Origin: Armatimonadota bacterium
Lineage (GTDB): Bacteria > Armatimonadota > Zipacnadia > Zipacnadales > UBA5352
Assembly: GCA_034722055.1 (NCBI GenBank)
Contig: JAYENL010000324.1
Location: forward strand, 1-53,047
DNA length: 53,047 nt
Reading direction: 5' to 3'
Position 1 is the stretch's first letter. Each line of letters starts with the position of its first letter. Below, in pieces: positions 29,176-38,656 of this stretch. The translations under genes and the position numbers were made by a program. The notes below the pieces were generated by a model that had not been told where the DNA came from, did no database searches, and worked only from the letters and a program-made list of their open reading frames with translations.

Positions 29176-29517
29176 GTGGAGCAGAGCGAGATCATCGAGC
29201 GGAACATGCGCGTGGCGGGCGAGTTCGCGGACTGGATGCGGGAGCGCTTCGGCGACGTGGTGCTGGAGGCGCGCGTCTACGGCTCGACGGCCCGAGGGGA
29301 TGCCGACGAGGACTCGGACGTGGACGTGTTCTTCCTGCTGTCGCGGCGGCTCACGTATGAGGAGCAGCTCGAGGCAGCCGGGAAGGCTTTCGAGCTGGAC
29401 ATGCAGCACGGCACCTGGACCGGCTGGATGACGGAGACGAAGGAGCGCTGGGAGACGCCGGTAATCCACGGCAGCGGCTGGGCGCGTGCAGTCAGAGAGG
29501 AGGGCGTGGTGGTGTGA
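29176..29517 (+). CDS. Minimal nucleotidyltransferase (MNT) antitoxin 1
   Basis: 113 aa with GS-X10-DXD motif (YGSTARGDADEDSDVD); overlaps the downstream HEPN start. Confidence 0.9.
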   Translation: MEQSEIIERNMRVAGEFADWMRERFGDVVLEARVYGSTARGDADEDSDVDVFFLLSRRLTYEEQLEAAGKAFELDMQHGTWTGWMTETKERWETPVIHGSGWARAVREEGVVV

Positions 29518-29918
29518 GCGAGGGCTCACGGGAGCGGGCCCTGCAATGGATGGAGCGTGCTGAGGCCGCAGTCAGGCAGGGAGAGTTGGCCCTCCGTGAA
29601 GGCGACTGCGAGCTGGCGGTTAACCGAGCCTACTACGCTGCCTTCTACGCGGCCACGGCCTTGCTCGAAACACGTGGGCTGCAGACCAGCCGCCATAGCG
29701 CAACTCTACGGCTCTTCGGCCGCGAGTTCGTGGAGCAGGGGCTGATGGCAGGTAGTCACGGCAAGACGCTCAACGTGCTGTTCCGCGAAAGGCAGAAGGT
29801 TGACTACACTCCTGCGCCGGACGTGGCAGGTGCCCAAGCGGCAGAGCATCTTCACAGCGCTCGCGAGTTCGTTGCTGACGCAGAGGCACTTCTGGGGAAC
29901 ATTCCGGGGGAAGGGTAA
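29514..29918 (+). CDS. HEPN-domain protein 1 (UPF0332-type)
   Basis: NRAYYAAFYAATALL, RHS...LFG.EFV, R-X4-Y motif RQKVDY. Confidence 0.9.
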   Translation: MSEGSRERALQWMERAEAAVRQGELALREGDCELAVNRAYYAAFYAATALLETRGLQTSRHSATLRLFGREFVEQGLMAGSHGKTLNVLFRERQKVDYTPAPDVAGAQAAEHLHSAREFVADAEALLGNIPGEG

Positions 29919-29948
29919 GCCCTGAAGCGTTAGCGGAGGACGAGGACG

Positions 29949-30290
29949 GTGGAGCAGAGCGAGATCATCGAGCGGAACATGCGCGTGGCGGGCGAGTTCG
30001 CGGACTGGATGCGGGAGCGCTTCGGCGACGTGGTGCTGGAGGCGCGCGTCTACGGCTCGACGGCCCGAGGGGATGCCGACGAGGACTCGGACGTGGACGT
30101 GTTCTTGCTGCTGTCGCGCCGCCTGACGGTGGACGAGCAACTGGAGGTGGCCGACCGGGCCTTCGACTACGTCCTCTCGCACGAGACTGTGCTGTCATGG
30201 GTTACCGAGACGCCGGAACGGTGGGAGACGCCGATGATCCACGGCAGCGGCTTCGCCAAGGCGGTCCGGCGCGAGGGCATCGAGGTATGA
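29949..30290 (+). CDS. Minimal nucleotidyltransferase (MNT) antitoxin 2
   Basis: 113 aa, same GS-X10-DXD motif; N-half identical to MNT1. Confidence 0.9.
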   Translation: MEQSEIIERNMRVAGEFADWMRERFGDVVLEARVYGSTARGDADEDSDVDVFLLLSRRLTVDEQLEVADRAFDYVLSHETVLSWVTETPERWETPMIHGSGFAKAVRREGIEV

Positions 30291-30700
30291 CAGAAGGAGC
30301 ACGTGAGCGGGCGGAATACCTGATGAGCCGGGCCTCCGAGGCGCTTCAGGAGGCCCACCTACTACTTGAGAATGAGCATGTCGAGGCCGCTGCCAATCGG
30401 ACCTACTATGCAGTCTTCTACGCCGCGTCGGCACTACTGGAGGCTCAGGGAATACAGGCGGGTCGCCACTCTGCCCTCATAAGGCTCTTCGGACGCGAGT
30501 TCGTCTCAACCGGCTTGATGGCGCGCCGGCATGGCAGGACACTCAGCGCGCTTTTCGAGCAACGGCAGGACGCGGACTATGTGCCGGCGCCAACCGTTGC
30601 GCAGGAGCGGGCCTCAGTGGATCTCGAGGAGGCTCGCGTGTTCGTCCTCGACGCTCGTGAGCTGCTGATGGCGGAGCTCGATGAACGAGGCTCGGGTTAG
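30287..30700 (+). CDS. HEPN-domain protein 2 (UPF0332-type)
   Basis: NRTYYAVFYAASALL, RHSALIRLFGREFV, RQDADY; ATGA overlap with MNT2. Confidence 0.9.
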   Translation: MTEGARERAEYLMSRASEALQEAHLLLENEHVEAAANRTYYAVFYAASALLEAQGIQAGRHSALIRLFGREFVSTGLMARRHGRTLSALFEQRQDADYVPAPTVAQERASVDLEEARVFVLDARELLMAELDERGSG

Positions 30701-31902
30701 TCCGCCCGCTCCAGCAGCGTCACGGCCGTCTGCGCCAGCACGGCAGCGCCGGCGGGGAGGACCTGCTTGTCGTTGAGGTCGAAGCGCGTGCTGTGTATCG
30801 GCCACACGTAGCCGCCGGCCTCGTCGCGCGTGCCCAGTCGGATCATCGCCGTAGGGATCTCGCCCACGCGCTGGAAGAACGCGAAGTCCTCCGCGCCCAG
30901 GCTGGGGTAGGGCAGCTCCTCGACCGCGTCGTCGCCCAGCACCTGACGCGCCGCCTCGGCGATGGCCTCCAACACCCACTCCTCGTTCCACAGCGGCGGG
31001 TAGCCCTCCTGTATCTGCACCTGCAGCCGCGCGCCCATGGCGGCCACCAGATCGCGAAGCCGGTTGCCGATGAAGTCCACGATCCGCTCGCGGGTGTCCA
31101 TCTCGTAGGTCCGGATGGTCCCCTGCAGCTCCACGCGGTCGGCCAAGACGTTGCGGCGGGTGCCTCCGGAGATGGTGCCGAAGCTCACGACCTTGCGGTG
31201 CATGGGGTCGGTGCTGCGGCCGATGAACTGCTCGATGGCGGCGACGGCCTGGGCCGCCACCGAGATGGCATCGGTCCCCAGGTGCGGGCGAGCCGCGTGC
31301 GAGGCGTCGCCGATGACGGCCAGGTCCACGGAGTCGCTCTGGGCGGTCATGAAGCCCCAGTTGAGGCCGATCTGTCCGGACGCCAGCTCGGGGAAGACGT
31401 GCAGGGCGGCGATGGCGGCGACCTGAGGCTCCTGGAGGCAGCCGTCCTCGATCATGCGAAGCGCCCCGCCCGCGCCCTCCTCCCCGGGCTGGAAGATGAG
31501 CTTCACGTTCCCGGGCAGCTCCTCCCGGCGCTGGGAGAGGATGGCGGCGGCGCCGAGCAGGCACGCCGTGTGGGCATCATGCCCGCAGGCGTGCATCATC
31601 CCCTCGCGCTGCGAGGCGTACTCCGCCCCGGTCTCCTCGGTCATCTCCAGCGCGTCCATGTCCGCGCGCAGTGCCACCGTCGCCTCGCCCTGGCCCCAGA
31701 TGACCGCCACGACGCCGGTCTCGCCGATCCCCTCACGGATGTCCTCAAGCCCCATCTCCCGCAGCCTCTCGGCCACGAACCGGGCCGTCTCGTGCTCCTG
31801 CATGCTGGGCTCGGGATGCATGTGCAGGTGCCTGCGCCACTCCACGAGTCGTGGCGTCAGCTCCCGCGCTGCTTCGAGGACGGGATGCTCCTCACCACTC
31901 AT
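30697..31902 (-). CDS. M20 family amidohydrolase
   Basis: WRRHLHMHPE, LRADMDAL, MHACGHDAH, FQPGEEG, GAEDFAFF, IHS. Confidence 0.95.
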   Translation of the reverse strand: MSGEEHPVLEAARELTPRLVEWRRHLHMHPEPSMQEHETARFVAERLREMGLEDIREGIGETGVVAVIWGQGEATVALRADMDALEMTEETGAEYASQREGMMHACGHDAHTACLLGAAAILSQRREELPGNVKLIFQPGEEGAGGALRMIEDGCLQEPQVAAIAALHVFPELASGQIGLNWGFMTAQSDSVDLAVIGDASHAARPHLGTDAISVAAQAVAAIEQFIGRSTDPMHRKVVSFGTISGGTRRNVLADRVELQGTIRTYEMDTRERIVDFIGNRLRDLVAAMGARLQVQIQEGYPPLWNEEWVLEAIAEAARQVLGDDAVEELPYPSLGAEDFAFFQRVGEIPTAMIRLGTRDEAGGYVWPIHSTRFDLNDKQVLPAGAAVLAQTAVTLLERAD

Positions 31903-31942
31903 GCTGACCCCTCCGGGAGACCGCTGCGCGATCTCAGGGCTC

Positions 31943-32854
31943 TTAGCGTAACTGCAGCACCTCCCGCGCCTCAGCCACCGGAAGCCACTCCACCGTGCCA
32001 TTGAGGTAGACGGCGTTGACACCCTCGTCGTGGATTCCGGCGTCGGGCACGGCCTCCGGCCCGCCGACGGGCGCGGGATCGTCCAGCCAGGTGTCGAACA
32101 GCAGGATGGTCTCCTCCGGCTCCTCCAGCTCCTCGATGACCGCCCCCACCAGCTTCTCGTTCATGGCGTAGCCGACCTGCTGCTCGGGCCGCGCCGGACA
32201 GCGCAGCAGGTCCGGCGTCTCCAGGTAGGGCGTGATGGCCTCCACCCAGTTCTCGCCCGGGAGGGTGCCGTCATGATCCTGGGCGTACTTCCAGAAGGCG
32301 CCCGCCAGCACGCGCAGTCGCTCCCGGCAGTTGCGAGCCTGGGGGCCGCCCGCTTCGCGGCCGCCGGCCATCATGGGCGCCAGCAGCGACCAGATGGCGT
32401 CCGGGTCCATACCCCGAGACCGGCGGTAGTCCACCGTGCCGGTGACCTCCATGGCCTCCAGGTCGATGACGTAGAGCGCGCCGTCATCAACGATGAGCGC
32501 CTGCGGCCCACCCATGTCTTGCTGCACGACGACGGGCTGGGTGGGACCCTGCTGCTTCATGGCGTTCATCAGCAGCATCAGACCGGCCGCGTCCTCGCCG
32601 CCATGCTCGGCCATCATGAAGAACATCATGATCTGCGCCGGATCCATGCCGGCCTCAGACAGCACCGCCAGGAAGGTCGCCGCCTCCCGCTCAATGCCCA
32701 TATCGACGAACCTCTGGATGCGCTGCTCGAGCTGCTGCTCGGCAGCAACACGCTCGATGTCCTGCTGCTGCTCAGCCTGTGCCTGCGCCAGCGCCGGGCC
32801 GGCCACGAGGACCGCCAGGGCCATCGCTGCAACCAGTCGCTTCATCGCTGTCAC
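31943..32854 (-). CDS. Secreted protein with Met-rich N-domain and DUF1559/H-X9-DG-like C-terminal module (paralogue 1)
   Basis: Signal peptide; C..RL..LA.A...YAQDHDG.LP, CP, GYAMN, degenerate HDEGVNAVYLNG. Confidence 0.7.
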   Translation of the reverse strand: MTAMKRLVAAMALAVLVAGPALAQAQAEQQQDIERVAAEQQLEQRIQRFVDMGIEREAATFLAVLSEAGMDPAQIMMFFMMAEHGGEDAAGLMLLMNAMKQQGPTQPVVVQQDMGGPQALIVDDGALYVIDLEAMEVTGTVDYRRSRGMDPDAIWSLLAPMMAGGREAGGPQARNCRERLRVLAGAFWKYAQDHDGTLPGENWVEAITPYLETPDLLRCPARPEQQVGYAMNEKLVGAVIEELEEPEETILLFDTWLDDPAPVGGPEAVPDAGIHDEGVNAVYLNGTVEWLPVAEAREVLQLR

Positions 32855-33296
32855 CTCGGATTGCCAGCATCGTCCGTCAATGGAGTCCCTCAGCGACTCC
32901 CTACGCGACCTTCGCCCCGGCGGTTGCGGCGCCTCCGCGTGTTCACGAAACCTTAATCTCCCTCAAGCGCCGCGTCCCCACACCGCTCGCACAATGAGCA
33001 CAGACTGAGGAGGTCGCAGCGATGCGATGACGGAACAGGAGCGTGCAGTCCGCTGTCACATGACCAGACGCTGCTCGGGTCAGCCCCAGGTAGGTAGAGG
33101 GGCTTGATGGATTAGATCGCCGGAGAGAGGGTATAGTACGCACGGGCCTCTAAGGCGGGGGGGAGGGGCCTGCACGCCCGCTGGACAGCGCATCTCGCGA
33201 GCGGATGGGCTGCGAGGCACTCCCGGGGCCGCGCAGCGTATTCGCCCGCATAAGCATGGGCCGACAGCGGTCCGGCCACGATCGGAGGAATCACCG

Positions 33297-33710
33297 GTGA
33301 GTGTGGAGTTCTACGTCTATGAGTTGGGTGACGACGAGAGCGAGGAGCCACGGCGGCTGTCGTGGGATGGCTGGTGGGCGCTGGATGAGTGGCTCAATGA
33401 GGAGGGCCTCGACGCCGAGGGACTCTCCGCGCGCCAGTTCGAGTTCCAGCAGGTCAGGCAGGTGCTCGAGCAGACTGCAGAGGTTGAGGAGGGTGCCGCA
33501 CGGGCCCAGTACGTCTCCCCGCTACCGGACCTGAGGAACTCGCTGCTGATCTTCGGCTTCGAGACCGAGGAGTGGGATTACATCGTCTCCGCCGTCGAGC
33601 TGCCGTGGCTGCTGCCGCAGGCGGTCAACGGCTGGGAGGCCGCCCTGGCCTTCAACGTCGAGCGGATCGGCGGCAGGGACACCCACGGCTACTTCAACGA
33701 TGAGGAGTAG
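33297..33710 (+). CDS. Hypothetical acidic protein
   Basis: 137-aa ORF with GGAGG RBS and host-like codon usage; no family recognised. Confidence 0.7.
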   Translation: MSVEFYVYELGDDESEEPRRLSWDGWWALDEWLNEEGLDAEGLSARQFEFQQVRQVLEQTAEVEEGAARAQYVSPLPDLRNSLLIFGFETEEWDYIVSAVELPWLLPQAVNGWEAALAFNVERIGGRDTHGYFNDEE

Positions 33711-33802
33711 GGGGCGCGCGTCGATCGCCTGAAGCGGCGGACCGCGGGCTGAGGCCGTGCCAGGGAGAGCCGCCCGTTGGCGGCTCGATGGCAGGGGTGG
33801 CC

Positions 33803-34915
33803 ATGCTCGAGTGGCTGGAGCGGGCAATGTGGCGGGTTCTGCGCCTGAACCCGTGCGTGATGGTGCACGAGCTGCGGCTGCGCATGCGGGCCGGCCGCGT
33901 CTTCCTGCAGATGTTTCTCTTCGCTCTGCTCTGCTCCGTTGCGGTGATAGCTCCGCTGATCCACACAATGGTGGTGTCAGCGGCCAGCGGCTGGAGCGAC
34001 CCTTCGTCAGTTGCAGAGATGGGTCGCGTCAGCCTGGCGATCCTGGCCACGGTGCTCCTGACGCTGCTGGCCCTGGTCGTGCCCGCCTATGCGGCGACAA
34101 CGGTCGCCGGCGAGCGGGACCGCGACACCCTGGCGATGCTGCGGGCCACCATGCTTTCGGCCTCGGACGTGGTGCTGGGCAAGTTCGGGGCGGTGGTGGC
34201 CTATATCCTCATGCTCGTCCTCCTGGCGGCCCCTCTGGCGTCCTGGACGATCCTGGCGGGAGCCGTCTCCCCGGGTGAAGTGGTGGAGGTGGGTGTGCTG
34301 GTGGTGGCCTTCGGCCTGGCGCTGGCCGGCGTCAGCACCTGGCTCTCGGCACTGTGCCGGTCGCCCGTGACGGCGGTGGCCGGCAGCTACATCCTGGCAC
34401 TGGTGATCTTCGGCGGCCCCGCGCTCCTGCACGTGCTCTTCGAGCAGCTTGGCTCTGTCTCGCGAATGATGTTCGATGAGATGGCCTCGTTCCTCATCCT
34501 CACCATCCCCATGGCCATCACGGCGTGGCTGGTGGCAACGCTGGTGCGCTGGCTCGTCTTTCGCGCCGGGCGCCTGCGCGACGCCCGCTCACAGACCGCG
34601 CTGGGCACCGTGGCGTTCTTCATCGCTATCGTTTTCCTCATGAACGTGTTCGAGCCCGCGGTGTCCGGCCAACTGATGAACGGCGAGCTGGTGATAGAGG
34701 TTGTTCCCTACGCAGCTATGGGCCGGGTGTTGCTACAAGACCGTGGGTCCGCGTGGCCCTTCGCCTGGGGATATGCGACCATCGCTGCGGCCGGCTGTCT
34801 GCTGGCCGTGCGGTGCTTGAAGCTGCGGGAGTTCCGGCCCGTCAACTACGAGGACATCTTTGAGCGCATGTGGCTGCGCCTGCGTTCTCTGCGGCCCTCC
34901 CATCAGGACGCGTGA
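33803..34915 (+). CDS. ABC-2-type permease-like membrane protein
   Basis: NP...ELR.RMR, AGERDRDTL.ML.AT.LS...VVLGK; multiple TM helices; alternative start 33788. Confidence 0.8.
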   Translation: MLEWLERAMWRVLRLNPCVMVHELRLRMRAGRVFLQMFLFALLCSVAVIAPLIHTMVVSAASGWSDPSSVAEMGRVSLAILATVLLTLLALVVPAYAATTVAGERDRDTLAMLRATMLSASDVVLGKFGAVVAYILMLVLLAAPLASWTILAGAVSPGEVVEVGVLVVAFGLALAGVSTWLSALCRSPVTAVAGSYILALVIFGGPALLHVLFEQLGSVSRMMFDEMASFLILTIPMAITAWLVATLVRWLVFRAGRLRDARSQTALGTVAFFIAIVFLMNVFEPAVSGQLMNGELVIEVVPYAAMGRVLLQDRGSAWPFAWGYATIAAAGCLLAVRCLKLREFRPVNYEDIFERMWLRLRSLRPSHQDA

Positions 34916-34936
34916 ACGCCGGCAAAGGAAGGACGG

Positions 34937-35389
34937 CAACGGCCGGGCCGGAACGGAGGCCGGCCCCTCCAAACGGCACGACAAACGACGTCGTTCCGTG
35001 GCACGGACACGCAAGCCGCAAGCTGCAAGCCGCAGGGTACAAGCTGACGACAACGACTGCCCCTGGCGTTCCGTGGTGCGGAGGCCCTCCTCCGCGCGAC
35101 GTTGGTCGCTGTCGGGCTGGAAGCCCGACCTACGCGGAGGATGGAGCTGGCGCGAAGGGTGGAGCTGGCGCGAAGGGTGGAACCCACGCGAGGCATGGAG
35201 CCCGAGACAACGGCCGGGCGCGAGCGTAGTCGCGCTCCTCCAAACGGCTGGGTAAACGCCGTGGTTCCGTGGTGCGGACGCTCAAGCCGCAAGCTGCAAG
35301 CCGCAGGCTACAAGCTGACGACAACGACTGCCCCTGCCGTTCCGTGGTGCGGAGGCCCTCCTCCGCACGCCGTCGAGCGTTGTCGGGCT
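34937..35389 (+). repeat. Imperfect tandem duplication of a REP/heptamer mosaic (units 34937-35118 and 35208-35389)
   Basis: Offset 271 bp; each unit has a GGAG-type hairpin, a heptamer run and GTGG-GTGCGGAGG hairpin; GTAG-type REP at 35111-35133 (minus); 18-bp tandem at about 35142-35178. Confidence 0.85.
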
Positions 35390-35452
35390 ACAGGCAAGGT
35401 CCCCACCTGGCGGGTGGCGAACCTCCGACGCGCAATCTCGGGAGGTGGGCTT

Positions 35453-38146
35453 ATGTACCGACCATGGACCATCGCAACTATGCTGGTCGCGCTGATGCTC
35501 GGCGCGGGGACAGGGTTCTGCCAGGAGGCGGACGTCATGCGGCTCTACGTGTCGGCGGATGGCGACGACGGGGCGACCGGAACGGCCGATGCCCCGCTGG
35601 CGACGCTGGAAGACGCGCGCGACCGCATTCGCGCGCTCCGCGAGACTGGGGAGCTGACCGGCCCCGTCGAGGTGCTGATCCGGGGCGGGACCTACCGCCT
35701 GCGCGGCACCTTTGTGCTGGAGCCGCAGGACTCCGGCAGCGCCGAGGCCCCGGTGACCTACGCCGCCTACCCCGGGGAGCGCCCGGTGATCTCCGGCGGC
35801 CGGCCGGTCACAGGCTGGGAGCCCGCCGGCGACGGGCTGTGGACGGCGCACATCGCCTCCGTGGAGCGCGGCACCCGCTACTTCCGCCAGCTCTGGATCA
35901 ACGGGCGGCGCGCCACTCGCGCCCGCATCCCCAACCGCGGCTACCTGCAGCTTCAGGGCTTGGTGAACCCCTACAACCCCGAGGATGAGCGGAACCGCAG
36001 CGCCTTCCGCTTCCATGAGGGCGACCTCAGCGGCGACTGGCGCAACCCCGAGGACATCGAGATCGTGAAGATGTTCTCCTGGAGCACCACCCGCCTGCCG
36101 GTGGCGGAGATCGATGACCAGCACAACATCGTGCACTTCACCGGCCAGACCGGCGGCCCGCCGCGGCTGTTCACCTGGGCCGGCAGGCGCTACTACGTCG
36201 ATCACGTCTTTGAGGGCCTGGACAGCCCCGGTGAGTGGTACCTCGACCGCCCTACCGGCACGCTCTACTACAAGCCTCGCCCCGGCGAGGACATGGGCAC
36301 CGCGGAGGTCATCTACCCGGTCGTGGAGCGTCTCGTGGACCTGCGAGGCGACCTTGAGGGAGAGCGCCCCGTCGAGCACGTCACCTTCCGGGGGCTGACC
36401 TTCGAGCACTCCACATGGCCGATGCCCGAGACGGGCCTGCACGAGCGCCAGGCGCAGGTGATCATCGAGACCGCGGGCATCTACGCCCGCGGGGCGGTGG
36501 GCTGCACGCTTCAGGACTGTGAGGTGCGCCACATCGGCGCTCACGGAGTCTGGCTGGAGCGCGGCTGCCGGGAGAATCGCCTGGAGCGCTGCCACGTGTG
36601 GGACATCGGCGCCGGCGGCGTCTACCTCGGCGCCACCACGCACGTGCCCGAGGCGGGCCACAACGTGGTGCACAACTGCTTCATCCACCACCTGACCGAG
36701 GTGCACGGCGGCGCCATCGGCGTGTGGATCGGCCGCAGCTCCTACAACGAGGTGAGTCGCTGCGACATCGGCGACACCAACTACTCCGGGATGTCCGTGG
36801 GCTGGAGCTGGGGGTACGCCGAGAGCACCGCGAACCACAACATCGTCGCCCACAACCACATCCACCACTGCGGGCACCGGGCGCTCAGTGATATGGGCGG
36901 CATCTACACCCTCGGCGTCTCGCCCGGCACCGAGCTGCGCCACAACCACATCCATGACATCTGGTGCAACCCGTCCTACTCGCACGCCTCCGGGATCTAC
37001 CCCGATGAGGGCAGCTCCGAGATCCTCATCGAGAACAACATCGTCTACCGCTGCACCTCCAACGGCTTCCTGCTGCACTACGGGCGGGAGCTGCAGGTGC
37101 ACAACAACATCTTCGCCTTCGCCCAGCGCGACGGCGTGCATCGCGCCCGGGAGGAGGATCACATCTCGTTCTTCTTCGAGCGCAACATCATCCTCTCCGA
37201 GCACCAGGACGTGCTGGGCGGGCGGTGGACGAACCAGAACTACGAGATCGACTACAACTGCTACTGGTGCACCACCGGCGAGCCGGTAACCTTCAACGGG
37301 CGGAGCCTCCAGGAGTGGCAGGAGATGGGCAATGATGTCCACTCCATCATCGCGAGGCCGGGCTTCCGCGCCCCGCACCAGGGCGACTTCACGCTGGCCG
37401 AGGACTCCCCGGCGCTGCAGATCGGCTTCGAGCCCATCGACCAAGAGGGCATCGGGCTCTACGGCGATCCGGAGTGGGTCTCCCTGCCGCGGCGATTCGA
37501 GCATCAGCCCGACGATCCGCTGCCGCCGGAGCCCAAGCCTCTGGAGATCAGCGAGGGGTTCGAGGCCGCGCCGGGGCTCGACGAGCCCGCGCCGCTGGGC
37601 GGCCACCCCCTGCACGCGAGGGTACATACCGAGGACCATCCGGAGCTGGTGGGGATCACCGACGAGGTCGCGGCCACCGGTGAGCGGAGCCTGCGCGTGG
37701 ATGACAGCCCGGACATGGAGCGGGACTACAACCCGCACTTCTACTACACCCCACACTACAGGGAGGGCGTGGCTCGGAGCGCCTTCGACATCCGCATCAG
37801 CGAGGGCACAGTGATGTACCACGAGTGGCGGGATAGCTCCACGCCCTATCAGGTCGGCCCCAGCCTGTGGATCCGCGACGGGGCCATCAACGTGGAGGGC
37901 CTGGAGCCGCTGCCGATCCCCGTGGACCAGTGGGTGCACATCGAGGTGACCGCTGAACTGGGCGAGCGCGCGGACGGGACGTGGGACCTGGCGGTAACCA
38001 TGCCCGACGGCACGGAGCACAGCTTCCGCGACATCGAGTACCGCTCACCGGAGTGGAAGACGCTCTCGTGGCTGGGCTTTGTGAGCAATGCCGCCGAGGA
38101 GACGGTCTTCTACCTGGACAACATCGAGGTGGAGAGGAAGGGATAG
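35453..38146 (+). CDS. Secreted right-handed parallel beta-helix protein (GH141/pectate-lyase-like fold)
   Basis: YVSADGDD..G...PLATL..A, YPGE.PVISGG, LDSPGEWYLD, SDMGGIYTLG, GIYPDEGSS, many NN/H.H ladders. Confidence 0.85.
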   Translation: MYRPWTIATMLVALMLGAGTGFCQEADVMRLYVSADGDDGATGTADAPLATLEDARDRIRALRETGELTGPVEVLIRGGTYRLRGTFVLEPQDSGSAEAPVTYAAYPGERPVISGGRPVTGWEPAGDGLWTAHIASVERGTRYFRQLWINGRRATRARIPNRGYLQLQGLVNPYNPEDERNRSAFRFHEGDLSGDWRNPEDIEIVKMFSWSTTRLPVAEIDDQHNIVHFTGQTGGPPRLFTWAGRRYYVDHVFEGLDSPGEWYLDRPTGTLYYKPRPGEDMGTAEVIYPVVERLVDLRGDLEGERPVEHVTFRGLTFEHSTWPMPETGLHERQAQVIIETAGIYARGAVGCTLQDCEVRHIGAHGVWLERGCRENRLERCHVWDIGAGGVYLGATTHVPEAGHNVVHNCFIHHLTEVHGGAIGVWIGRSSYNEVSRCDIGDTNYSGMSVGWSWGYAESTANHNIVAHNHIHHCGHRALSDMGGIYTLGVSPGTELRHNHIHDIWCNPSYSHASGIYPDEGSSEILIENNIVYRCTSNGFLLHYGRELQVHNNIFAFAQRDGVHRAREEDHISFFFERNIILSEHQDVLGGRWTNQNYEIDYNCYWCTTGEPVTFNGRSLQEWQEMGNDVHSIIARPGFRAPHQGDFTLAEDSPALQIGFEPIDQEGIGLYGDPEWVSLPRRFEHQPDDPLPPEPKPLEISEGFEAAPGLDEPAPLGGHPLHARVHTEDHPELVGITDEVAATGERSLRVDDSPDMERDYNPHFYYTPHYREGVARSAFDIRISEGTVMYHEWRDSSTPYQVGPSLWIRDGAINVEGLEPLPIPVDQWVHIEVTAELGERADGTWDLAVTMPDGTEHSFRDIEYRSPEWKTLSWLGFVSNAAEETVFYLDNIEVERKG

Positions 38147-38304
38147 CTACGAGCGGCGAGCTGCGAGCTATGGCAACAGCGGAACGGCGCACAGGCCGGT
38201 GCCGGAGCGAGCGTCGGGGCGTGGTGTTGGGCTATGCATTATCTACATACTACGCGCTCGCGAAGGCCGGTGCCCGCAGTGCCGGGATACGTCATTCTCC
38301 GTCC

Positions 38305-38487
38305 ATGGAGGCGCCGCTGCGAGCGCCGCGGCCGGCGCAAGGAGTGAGGCCCGCCAGGGCCGGAGGTTCCACCCCGGCCCATGTTGCTGCCTGACCGCGA
38401 ACGCAACGGCCGGGCCGGGATGGAACCTGCCGCCTGCGCACAACAACGGCGCAGGCGGCACCCTCGCTACGCTCGGGCGGCCCCTCC
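38305..38487 (+). repeat. Nested palindromic intergenic element, copy C (shortest)
   Basis: Inner arms GGTTCCACCCCGGCCC(38365-38380)/GGGCCGGGATGGAACC(38412-38427); homologous to copies A and B. Confidence 0.8.
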
Positions 38488-38656
38488 TTACGGAAACAAC
38501 ACGCGCCGGAGCCCTGCTCAACTCCCTCGCAGGCCTCCCCCAGGATGTGGGCAATGCAATAGGGCGTTGGGAGGGACGGGGCTACGTCCCCGCCCGGGCG
38601 TTGTCGTCTGCCGTTCCCGTGATGTCGTACGGAGCGGCCCTGCGTAGCGAGCGCCC

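Larger units (their letters stand above)
29159..30106 (+). repeat. 175-bp identical direct repeat (29159-29333 and 29932-30106)
   Basis: Base-by-base identity by eye across the RBS and 5' half of both MNT genes; offset 773 bp. Confidence 0.9.

Noticed and set aside
29159..30290. Diversity-generating retroelement TR/VR pair
   Set aside because: The repeat is identical rather than adenine-mismatched, and there is no reverse transcriptase
32938..32954. Second parS-like sequence (GTGTTCACGAAACC)
   Set aside because: Lacks the central CACGTG symmetry and the correct length
35102..35452. N-terminal extension of the beta-helix ORF (similar cases at 1659, 8080, 13964, 27245, 28951 and 44090)
   Set aside because: These run through repeats or neighbouring genes; downstream starts fit the RBS, signal peptide or domain boundary better
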